Below are positions 24,735 through 32,000 of a stretch of 32,000 nucleotides of DNA, in pieces. The notes beneath the pieces were generated by a model, which worked only from the letters and a program-made list of their open reading frames with translations, made no database searches and was not told the origin of the DNA. This stretch comes from Copranaerobaculum intestinale. GTDB taxonomy: Bacteria; Bacillota_I; Bacilli_A; Erysipelotrichales; Erysipelotrichaceae. The position numbers and the translations under genes are program-made. Where the stretch lies: NCBI RefSeq assembly GCF_009831105.1, contig NZ_WUUQ01000002.1:570001-602000 (forward strand), read 5' to 3'. Each line of letters starts with the position of its first letter. The first letter of the stretch is position 1.

Positions 24735-26171
24735 ATGAAAACATTTCAAAAGCTGGGGGCCTGTTTATTATGTACAAGCATGCTGCTGGGGGGATGCGGC
24801 AGCAAGAATACACACGGACTGGATGCAGACAAGCCGGTTACGTTGACCCTTTGGCACTATTATAACGGTGCGCAGAAGGATGCTTTGGATAAGCTAGTGG
24901 AAGAATTCAATACCACAGAAGGCAAGGAAAACGGTGTCATCATCGATGCAGTTGCGAAAAACAGCATCAGCAATATTGCATCGGATCTGCATGACTCTTT
25001 GGAAAAGAAACCGAGCGCTGAAGCGATGCCCAATATGTTTATGGCCTATCAGGATACTGCTCAGGAGCTGATGGATCGAAAAAAACTAGTATCGTTAGAA
25101 ACCTATATGAGCAAGGATGAGCTTAAAGCATACGTTTCAGGTTTCCTGAATGACGGACGCTATTTCGGCAGTGATGAGACAAAGCTGTTTCCTGTTGCCA
25201 AGGCGAGTGAAGTCATGATCATCAATAAAAATGAATGGACAAAATTCGCAAATGCGGAGCATATTGATGAAACAGATCTGGAAACCTGGGAAGGGCTTCA
25301 AAAAACAGCTGAACGTTATTATATCTACAGTGGGGGTAAAGCGTTTTTCTCAAGAGATGCTATAGCCAACTATCTCATCACGGGAAGCAAGCAGTTTAAG
25401 GATGAATTGTTTACGCAGAAAAAGGATAAAACCGTATTCAGTGTCAGTGATGAAACAATGAGAAAGCTATGGGATAATTACTACATTCCTTTTGTTAAAG
25501 GATATTATGTGAAGAACGGCCGTTTTGCCAGTGATGATATCAAAACCAAGGATGTCATTGCGAGTGTTTCTTCCACTGCCAGCGGTACTTTCTTTCCGAA
25601 GGAAGTCATCGATGAAAACGGAAATTCCGAAGCAGTCAATTATCTGGTGCTGCCCGTTCCCGATTTCAAGGGAACCAAGGATACAGCTATTTCTCAGGGC
25701 GGCGGTATCGCAATCACCAAATCCAGCGAAGCAAAGGAATATGGAAGCATTCTGTTTTTGAAGTGGTTTACTGATTCTAAACGAAATATCAGTTTCTCTG
25801 CCCGCTCATCTTATTTACCGGTCAAGAAAGATGCCAACAATTATCAGACATGGATGAAAACAATTAAGAAATCTGATATCAAACCGACGAAGCTGTTGGA
25901 GGACATTATGAAAACCTCGATGAAAGAGGTAACCAAAGGTAATTTATATGCTTCCAAATCCTTTACTGCATCTTATGAGGCCCGCATGTATTTAGAAAAT
26001 GCTATCAATGACAAGGCATCGGCTGATCAGAAGGCGGTACAGGAGCTAGTTCGCAGCGGCAAGAGCCGTGAGGAAGCACTGCAGTACTATCTGAGCGATG
26101 ATAATTTTAATGCGTGGATCAAGCAGGTAAGAAATGATCTGGATACTATATTAAGAGGGTCTGCTGAATGA
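24735..26171 (+). CDS. extracellular solute-binding lipoprotein (ABC SBP family 1 type), orphan
   Basis: Lipoprotein signal MKTFQKLGACLLCTSMLLGG|C (Cys21). N-terminus LTLWHYYNGAQKDALDKLVEEFN is typical of family-1 SBPs. GGAGGGA RBS. No permease or ATPase genes are adjacent. Confidence 0.8.
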   Translation: MKTFQKLGACLLCTSMLLGGCGSKNTHGLDADKPVTLTLWHYYNGAQKDALDKLVEEFNTTEGKENGVIIDAVAKNSISNIASDLHDSLEKKPSAEAMPNMFMAYQDTAQELMDRKKLVSLETYMSKDELKAYVSGFLNDGRYFGSDETKLFPVAKASEVMIINKNEWTKFANAEHIDETDLETWEGLQKTAERYYIYSGGKAFFSRDAIANYLITGSKQFKDELFTQKKDKTVFSVSDETMRKLWDNYYIPFVKGYYVKNGRFASDDIKTKDVIASVSSTASGTFFPKEVIDENGNSEAVNYLVLPVPDFKGTKDTAISQGGGIAITKSSEAKEYGSILFLKWFTDSKRNISFSARSSYLPVKKDANNYQTWMKTIKKSDIKPTKLLEDIMKTSMKEVTKGNLYASKSFTASYEARMYLENAINDKASADQKAVQELVRSGKSREEALQYYLSDDNFNAWIKQVRNDLDTILRGSAE

Positions 26172-29107
26172 TTCATCATCATGATCATTCTCTGTTTCAA
26201 AGGCTTCTGCTGACACTGATCATGCTGGTTACCCTGATTTCCTTGATTTTCGTAGGAGCGGTCTTTTCCAGCAATGCGCTGCGTGATCTGAAACAAAGCT
26301 CATACAATCTTTTTGATCAGCGGGTAGTCTATCGTACCAATGAGCTGCAGAAGCTGCTTGCCAGCACTGAGCTGGGCAGTGAGGATATCGCAGATATTCT
26401 GGAAAGCTGCCGGTTGCTCTATCAGCAGCAAAATACTGCTTCTGATCCAGAACTGAACGAAGCAATTCTTCAAAAGCTATTCTCGATCACTCATAAAAAA
26501 ATGATAACCGGTGCCTACATTATTTTTGATAAGCAGGTTTTCCAAAGTGACAGTTACCCTGCTTTCTATCTCTATGATACCAGTCCCAGTGAGTACTTCA
26601 GCGATATGTCAGATATTTCAGCAAAATATGGTGATGCGACAATTTTGAAGCAGAACCGTTTTATTCTCGAGCATGACTGGAAACCGTCGATGCAGTTGCA
26701 TGCGGATAATCGGCAGCATGATTTCTATTTTAATCCACTGAAGACAGCTCATGATAATCCCAAGCTCAGCATGGAGGAGTGTGCATATTGGGGAACGTCC
26801 AATTCCATGGATGCCGAACGCCCTGTCATTACCTATTCCATGCCGCTCATCGGCGATGATCACACAGTATATGGCGTAATCGGATTTGATCTAACACTCG
26901 ATTATCTGAAAACAGTTCTACCTTACAGCGATTTGGGAAATGAAAATAAAAAAGCCTTTGTATTAGCACACACCGATGATGCTTCTGCATATCAGACAAT
27001 TCTTACCAACGGTCCCGCTTATAGTGGTTATATAAAGAATGGATCGGCCTTGAAGCTGGAAAAAGATACATACGGTTATCAGCTCTCCACATCCGCTCTT
27101 GATGATCAAGTGATCGGTTCCGCCCATAAAATTCATTTATATGATACCAATACTCCATTTGAAAAGGATTCCTGGTATCTGATTGGAATGACCGACAAGG
27201 ATGAGCTTTACAGTAATTATCAGGAAATTAACCGCGTATTGTTTTACGCCAGCATTTCCGCGATCATCATTGCCGGCTTCATAGCGCTTTATGCAAGCAT
27301 GATCTTTACCAAGCCGATCCGACAGCTGGCAGCTCACCTGCGGCAGAGCACCAAGAGCAGTGAAGTCAAGCTGCCAAGAACAAAAATCAAGGAAATCGAC
27401 GAACTCAGCAATTCTATTGAAGATTTAAGTCATCATCTGTCAGGAGCCGAATTTCGATTATCGTATGTTCTTCATACCATTGATATGCCGATCGGCGCTA
27501 TCGAAGTATTTGGTGAAAAAAGCGTATTCTGCACTGAAAAAGTAGGCCATCTTTTAGGCTTTGAGCATCCTGATAAGATGGAATATTCATTTGAAGAATT
27601 CAAGCATGAGATCGATCGCTATACCCTACGGATTATATCCTATGAGCATGAGCAATTTCCGGATAAACAGCAGTCAAGCGATATGTATATCGTTCATACG
27701 ATTGATCAGGATAATCAGGAAAGCTGGCATCGTTTCCTGCTCTCGCATGTTGATAAAAATCTTTTGATCGTTATCAGTGACGTCACCGCGGAAATTCATG
27801 AAAAAGAAAATTTGATTTATGAACGCGATCACGATGTATTGACACAGCTGCTGAATCGCCGGGCCTTCCGTCGTGAATGTGATCGGCTCATTGCCGATCC
27901 TTCCAAGCTTGGTGTAGCCGCGATGGTATTGTGGGATTTGGATAATCTAAAGCTGGTGAACGATACGTATGGACATGATGCCGGCGATCGCTTGATCTGT
28001 ATGATTGCCAATTTATTACGTGATGCGAATAATGAACAATGTATTACCTCACGCATGGCTGGGGATGAATTCTTGCTGTTCTATCACCACTACCATTCTA
28101 CTGAAGAAATACTGGATAAGGTTCAGCATCTGCATGAAAAAATCAATGAAACGGAAATTCAGTTCAGCGAACAGGATAGTATCCGTCTGAAAGTATCGGC
28201 CGGTATCGCATGGATGCCAAAAGACGCGGATGATTTCGATACATTGGTCAAATATGCGGACTTTGCGATGTATGAAGTTAAAAACTATCAAAAAGGCGGT
28301 ATTCGCAGTTTCAGCAAGGATAATTATCTGCATAATAATCTGCTGTTTGACGGACGGCAGGAGCTCTTAAACATCCTGGATGAGGAGCGGGTTCAATATG
28401 CCTTCCAACCGATCGTGAATGCCCGTGACGGATCCATCCTCGGTTATGAAGCACTGATGCGTCCAATTAGTTTAATCCTGAAAACGCCGCTTGATATCAT
28501 GTGGGTGGCAAGAACTCAAAAACAGCTGTACCGCGTTGAACGTATGACCTGGATTCAGGCATTAAAGCAGTTTAGTGAGCGAGTTGAAAAAGGAACCAAG
28601 CATAAAATATTCATAAACAGTATTCCAAGCATTCCTCTGCTGGAGGATATTAAGCAACAGTTGGAAGAACAGTTTCATGACTTTCTCGGCAATGTCGTTA
28701 TCGAACTGTTGGAAAGTGAAGAAATTGAGGCTTCTTATATGCAGACAAAACAGGAATTCTGCAAACGCTGGAACGCGCAGACCGCTTTGGATGATTTCGG
28801 AAGCGGCTACAGCAGCGATCATCGTCTGCTCAGCAATCAGACCAACTATGTGAAAATCGATATGGAGTTTGTCCGCAATATCGCATTAGACAAAGAACGT
28901 CAGATGCTGGTTAAGAACGTTCTGGAATTTGCGCACTCCCGCGGTATTCAAGTAATTGCCGAGGGTGTAGAGTCCTATCCGGATATGAAATATTTGATCC
29001 AGAACGGCATAGATTACCTGCAGGGCTATTATCTCGGTAAACCGGAATTTGATCTGCAGGATATATCTGAGGCAGTTAAGGTACAGATACGTAAAGCACA
29101 GGTATAA
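26168..29107 (+). CDS. membrane sensor with Cache-like extracytoplasmic domain, GGDEF (AGDEF) and EAL domains
   Basis: TM1 at about residues 13-33. Cache-like signature PVITYSMPLIGDDHTVYGVIGFDLTLDYL. TM2 at about residues 357-380. GGDEF domain (LTQLLNRRAF, DLDNLKLVNDTYGHDAGD, RMAGDEF at 28058-28072). EAL domain (YEALMRP at 28448, DDFGSGYSS, EGVES, QGYYLGKP). The ATG overlaps the SBP stop (ATGA). Confidence 0.85.
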   Translation: MIHHHDHSLFQRLLLTLIMLVTLISLIFVGAVFSSNALRDLKQSSYNLFDQRVVYRTNELQKLLASTELGSEDIADILESCRLLYQQQNTASDPELNEAILQKLFSITHKKMITGAYIIFDKQVFQSDSYPAFYLYDTSPSEYFSDMSDISAKYGDATILKQNRFILEHDWKPSMQLHADNRQHDFYFNPLKTAHDNPKLSMEECAYWGTSNSMDAERPVITYSMPLIGDDHTVYGVIGFDLTLDYLKTVLPYSDLGNENKKAFVLAHTDDASAYQTILTNGPAYSGYIKNGSALKLEKDTYGYQLSTSALDDQVIGSAHKIHLYDTNTPFEKDSWYLIGMTDKDELYSNYQEINRVLFYASISAIIIAGFIALYASMIFTKPIRQLAAHLRQSTKSSEVKLPRTKIKEIDELSNSIEDLSHHLSGAEFRLSYVLHTIDMPIGAIEVFGEKSVFCTEKVGHLLGFEHPDKMEYSFEEFKHEIDRYTLRIISYEHEQFPDKQQSSDMYIVHTIDQDNQESWHRFLLSHVDKNLLIVISDVTAEIHEKENLIYERDHDVLTQLLNRRAFRRECDRLIADPSKLGVAAMVLWDLDNLKLVNDTYGHDAGDRLICMIANLLRDANNEQCITSRMAGDEFLLFYHHYHSTEEILDKVQHLHEKINETEIQFSEQDSIRLKVSAGIAWMPKDADDFDTLVKYADFAMYEVKNYQKGGIRSFSKDNYLHNNLLFDGRQELLNILDEERVQYAFQPIVNARDGSILGYEALMRPISLILKTPLDIMWVARTQKQLYRVERMTWIQALKQFSERVEKGTKHKIFINSIPSIPLLEDIKQQLEEQFHDFLGNVVIELLESEEIEASYMQTKQEFCKRWNAQTALDDFGSGYSSDHRLLSNQTNYVKIDMEFVRNIALDKERQMLVKNVLEFAHSRGIQVIAEGVESYPDMKYLIQNGIDYLQGYYLGKPEFDLQDISEAVKVQIRKAQV

Positions 29108-29129
29108 AAATCGACATATTCATCATGTG

Positions 29130-29179
29130 GACCATTGGCAAAGTCAGCTTAACAAGCAGCTTTGTCAACGGTCTTTTTT
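29130..29179 (+). terminator. intrinsic terminator after the GGDEF-EAL gene
   Basis: 14-bp stem pairing 29130-29143 with 29160-29173 (one mismatch, one G-U), followed by T6 (29174-29179). Confidence 0.55.
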
Positions 29180-29184
29180 GATAC

Positions 29185-29227
29185 AAAAAACAGATGAATT
29201 TAAGTGCTTATAACTTAAAATCATCTG
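29185..29227 (-). terminator. intrinsic terminator after aspS
   Basis: 15-bp stem with one mismatch, pairing 29191-29205 with 29213-29227. A U6 tract follows on the minus strand (A-run 29185-29190). Confidence 0.6.
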
Positions 29228-29259
29228 CATTTAGTAACTTCTATTATTTCTCTGAGTGT

Positions 29260-31002
29260 TTATTCTTGTACAATCGAAATATGCAGCTCATCCAGTTGTA
29301 CCTCATCAACCGGTGTCGGTGCGTCAGACATCATGCATTTCGCATTGGCATTCTTCGGGAATGCGATGACATCGCGGATTGAATCACTTTCGGATAAAAT
29401 CATGGCTACGCGGTCAAAACCGAAAGCAATACCGCCATGGGGCGGTGTACCATATTGGAATGCATCGACGAAGAAACCAAAACGCTCCTTGATGTCCGCT
29501 TCACTGAAGCCAAGAATCGCAAAGATTTTTTCCTGCATCTGCTGATCATAAATACGTAAGGAACCGCCTCCCAGTTCATAACCGTTTAAAATGATATCAT
29601 AGGCATCCGCACGCACTTTTGACGGATCACTGTCCAAATATGGCACATCACTTTCTTTAGGACGGGTAAAGGGATGATGGCGGGCATAGAAACGACCATC
29701 CTCTTCGCTGTACTCAAACATTGGAAAATCAACTACCCACAAAAAGGAGAAGGTATCTTTCTTAACCAACTGCAAAACATCACGGAAATGCATGCGCAGC
29801 GCGCCTAGTACATTGCAGGTACGCTCCCAAGCATCGCTGACAATCAAAATCAGATCTTGATCATTCAAATGAAGCTTCTCAATCAGTGCCTGCTGTGTTG
29901 CAGCGTCAAAGAATTTCAGAGCACTGCCCTCCAGCTTGCAATCTTTATATTTTAAGGTTACCAGACCCTTCGCTCCATTTTTCTTAGCCAGGTCGGTAAG
30001 CTTATCAATTTCCTTGCGCGTCATGGTCGCCTGTCCCGGTACTACGATCGCTTTGATAACGCCTTGGTTGTCCAGACAGTCCTTGAATACTTTAAATTCA
30101 CTGTGGGCAAAGATTTCCGAAAGATCCTGTAGCTCCATGCCAAAACGATTATCCGGTTTATCCGAACCATAACGGTTCATCGCATCTTCAAAGCTCAGCC
30201 GTAAAAATGGTGTTTCAATATCCAATCCTTTGACTTCCTTCATCACTTTTTTCATCATCGCTTCCATCATAGTCTGGATTTCCACATCATTTAAGAAGCT
30301 GGTTTCAATATCCACCTGTGTGAAATCTGTCTGCCGGTCAGCACGCAGATCCTCATCGCGAAAACAGCGGGCAAACTGATAATAGCGTTCAAAACCACTG
30401 ATCATCAGCAGCTGTTTAAAGAGCTGCGGAGACTGCGGCAGCGCGTAGAAGCTGCCCGGATGCACCCTTGATGGAACCAGATAATCACGAGCACCCTCAG
30501 GCGTTGATTTTCCCAGCATCGGTGTTTCAATTTCAACAAAATCTTGACTGTCCAGAAAATTACGCATAGATCTTGCGATCTGATGGCGCATCATTAGTTT
30601 TTTCTGCATGAGCGGACGGCGCAGATCGAGATAACGATATGTTAATCGCGTATCCTCCAGCGCATCTGTTTCATCGGCAATAATCAGCGGAGTCGTTTTT
30701 GCGGAATTGATAATTTTCACAGTTTCCACTTTCACTTCAATATCGCCGGTATCCAGCTGCGGATTTTTATCCTTGCGCGCAACCACGGTACCCTGTACTT
30801 CCAAAATGTATTCATTTCTCACCGCAGCGATAGTATCAGCGTTGCTTTCATCGAATACCAGCTGTGTAATTCCGGTACGATCACGCAAATCGATAAATAC
30901 TAAAGCGCCAAAATTGCGGCGTTTGGCTACCCATCCAATCAAGGTTACCGATTTCCCAACATCACCAATTCTCAATGCTCCGTTTGTATGTGTACGATTC
31001 AT
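29260..31002 (-). CDS. aspS: aspartate--tRNA ligase
   Basis: 580 aa. N-terminal OB anticodon-binding domain and class II motifs (FYALPQSPQLFKQLLM, FRDEDLRADRQ, GGGSLRI). GGTGAG RBS. Confidence 0.9.
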   Translation of the reverse strand: MNRTHTNGALRIGDVGKSVTLIGWVAKRRNFGALVFIDLRDRTGITQLVFDESNADTIAAVRNEYILEVQGTVVARKDKNPQLDTGDIEVKVETVKIINSAKTTPLIIADETDALEDTRLTYRYLDLRRPLMQKKLMMRHQIARSMRNFLDSQDFVEIETPMLGKSTPEGARDYLVPSRVHPGSFYALPQSPQLFKQLLMISGFERYYQFARCFRDEDLRADRQTDFTQVDIETSFLNDVEIQTMMEAMMKKVMKEVKGLDIETPFLRLSFEDAMNRYGSDKPDNRFGMELQDLSEIFAHSEFKVFKDCLDNQGVIKAIVVPGQATMTRKEIDKLTDLAKKNGAKGLVTLKYKDCKLEGSALKFFDAATQQALIEKLHLNDQDLILIVSDAWERTCNVLGALRMHFRDVLQLVKKDTFSFLWVVDFPMFEYSEEDGRFYARHHPFTRPKESDVPYLDSDPSKVRADAYDIILNGYELGGGSLRIYDQQMQEKIFAILGFSEADIKERFGFFVDAFQYGTPPHGGIAFGFDRVAMILSESDSIRDVIAFPKNANAKCMMSDAPTPVDEVQLDELHISIVQE

Positions 31003-31010
31003 ATACTCAC

Positions 31011-32000
31011 CTATTCTTCCGGACGGCCTTCAAAAATGCCGTCAATGGTCTCAACCATTTTGTCAAATGCAACTGACTGCTGTTCCTTTGTTTCCAGGTT
31101 TTTAATAGTAATTAAACCGTTCGCCAATTCATCCTCACCAATCAAAACCGCAATCCGCGCGCGGCGGCGCATTACCGTTTTAAACTGTGCCTTGAATGAG
31201 CGGCTGCGATAATCCATCTCACTCTTATAGCCATTTGCTCTCAGCTCTGTGACAAGCTGAAGTGCTGTGACAGATGCCGAATCATTCAGACAAACCACAT
31301 AAGCATCTAAATTGTTTTCTTCACCCAATTCGATTCCTTCGCCCTCACAAGCAAGGATCAGCCGTTCCAAACCCATTGCCCAGCCAATACCGGACATCTG
31401 CGGTCCGCCGAAATATTCTACTAAACCATCATAGCGGCCTCCGGCAAAAACCGTCGACTGAGAACCCATTTGTTCATTGACCGACACCACTTCAAAGACC
31501 GTATGGGTATAGTAATCCAAGCCACGCACGAGCCGGTCATCCACTTCATATGGAATAGCAAGGGCATCTAACCCTTCCAAAACCTTCTTAAAGTATGCTT
31601 GAGATTCCTCATTGAGATAATCTGCCATACGTGGCGCTGTTTTCATCACATCCTTATCTGCATCCAGCTTACAGTCCAGAATGCGCAGCGGATTTTGTTC
31701 ATAGCGCCGCTGACAGTCTGCACACATCGCATTGATATCCTTCTTAAAATGTGCTTTCAAAGCAGTGCGATATGCATCGCGGCTCGCATCATCACCAAGC
31801 GTATTAATGAGTACCTTCATATCCTTCAGCCCCAAAGCAGATACAAAGGACCATCCCAGTGCGATTGTTTCCACATCTAATAAAGGATTTTTCGCTCCGA
31901 TAACTTCTACCCCAAACTGGTGAAAGATCCGCTGACGCCCCTTCTGCGGACGCTCATGGCGAAACTGCGGACCGACATAATAAAATTTTGCCGGCAGATC
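31011..32000 (-). CDS. hisS: histidine--tRNA ligase (5' end lies beyond the window)
   Basis: The reading frame is open to position 32000 (…YYVGPQFRHERPQKGRQRIFHQFGVEVIG…). Class II HisS motifs and a C-terminal anticodon-binding domain are present. TAG at 31011. The hisS-aspS order matches Bacillus. Confidence 0.9.
   Translation of the reverse strand, partial: DLPAKFYYVGPQFRHERPQKGRQRIFHQFGVEVIGAKNPLLDVETIALGWSFVSALGLKDMKVLINTLGDDASRDAYRTALKAHFKKDINAMCADCQRRYEQNPLRILDCKLDADKDVMKTAPRMADYLNEESQAYFKKVLEGLDALAIPYEVDDRLVRGLDYYTHTVFEVVSVNEQMGSQSTVFAGGRYDGLVEYFGGPQMSGIGWAMGLERLILACEGEGIELGEENNLDAYVVCLNDSASVTALQLVTELRANGYKSEMDYRSRSFKAQFKTVMRRRARIAVLIGEDELANGLITIKNLETKEQQSVAFDKMVETIDGIFEGRPEE

Noticed and set aside
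24424-24813. 129-aa minus-strand ORF spanning the structured leader region and the SBP start
   Set aside because: It has no RBS. It overlaps the SBP start codon and RBS on the opposite strand and runs through the terminator hairpin. Its composition looks like a translated non-coding region. It is better explained as chance ORF over the plus-strand RNA element.
1-32000. Search for CRISPR arrays, IS or transposase ends, integrases, prophage or defence-system genes, toxin-antitoxin pairs, and tRNA or rRNA genes
   Set aside because: I saw no repeat-spacer periodicity, no long terminal inverted repeats and no recognisable signatures of such proteins in any of the six frames. The window looks like core genome apart from the 24.2-29.2 kb signalling unit.

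Overview
Core chromosomal segment of a spore-forming Firmicute. I found no tRNA or rRNA genes, CRISPR array, transposase, integrase or phage genes. About 25 of the roughly 29 genes are on the minus strand. Gene order echoes three Bacillus subtilis neighbourhoods. The first is scpA-scpB ... dacB-spmA-spmB-rluB. The second is gerM-murI(racE)-gerE-uvrC. The third is mutS2-cvpA(yshB) divergent from rnhC. Other genes are a spoVAC-AD-AE-AF operon, mtaB, an SDR oxidoreductase, a MATE-GNAT pair, and aspS plus hisS (hisS is cut by the window end). The least ordinary part is 24.2-29.2 kb. It holds a riboswitch-like structured leader that I could not assign to a known class, with its own intrinsic terminator. 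Downstream is a two-gene unit: an orphan solute-binding lipoprotein whose stop overlaps the start of a Cache/GGDEF/EAL membrane sensor. No ABC permease or ATPase is present. Secondary observations: (1) a VanY/LdcB-type peptidase homologue that has lost two of three zinc ligands and the catalytic Glu, sitting between gerE and murI; (2) a CATATACT -10-like octamer 17-18 nt upstream of three start codons (dacB, gerM and a GT2-TPR glycosyltransferase); (3) a GT2-TPR gene inserted divergently into the scpAB-dacB synteny block; (4) a short FtsX-like gene relic. All calls come from reading motifs in the translated ORFs and the DNA by eye. No database search was run.
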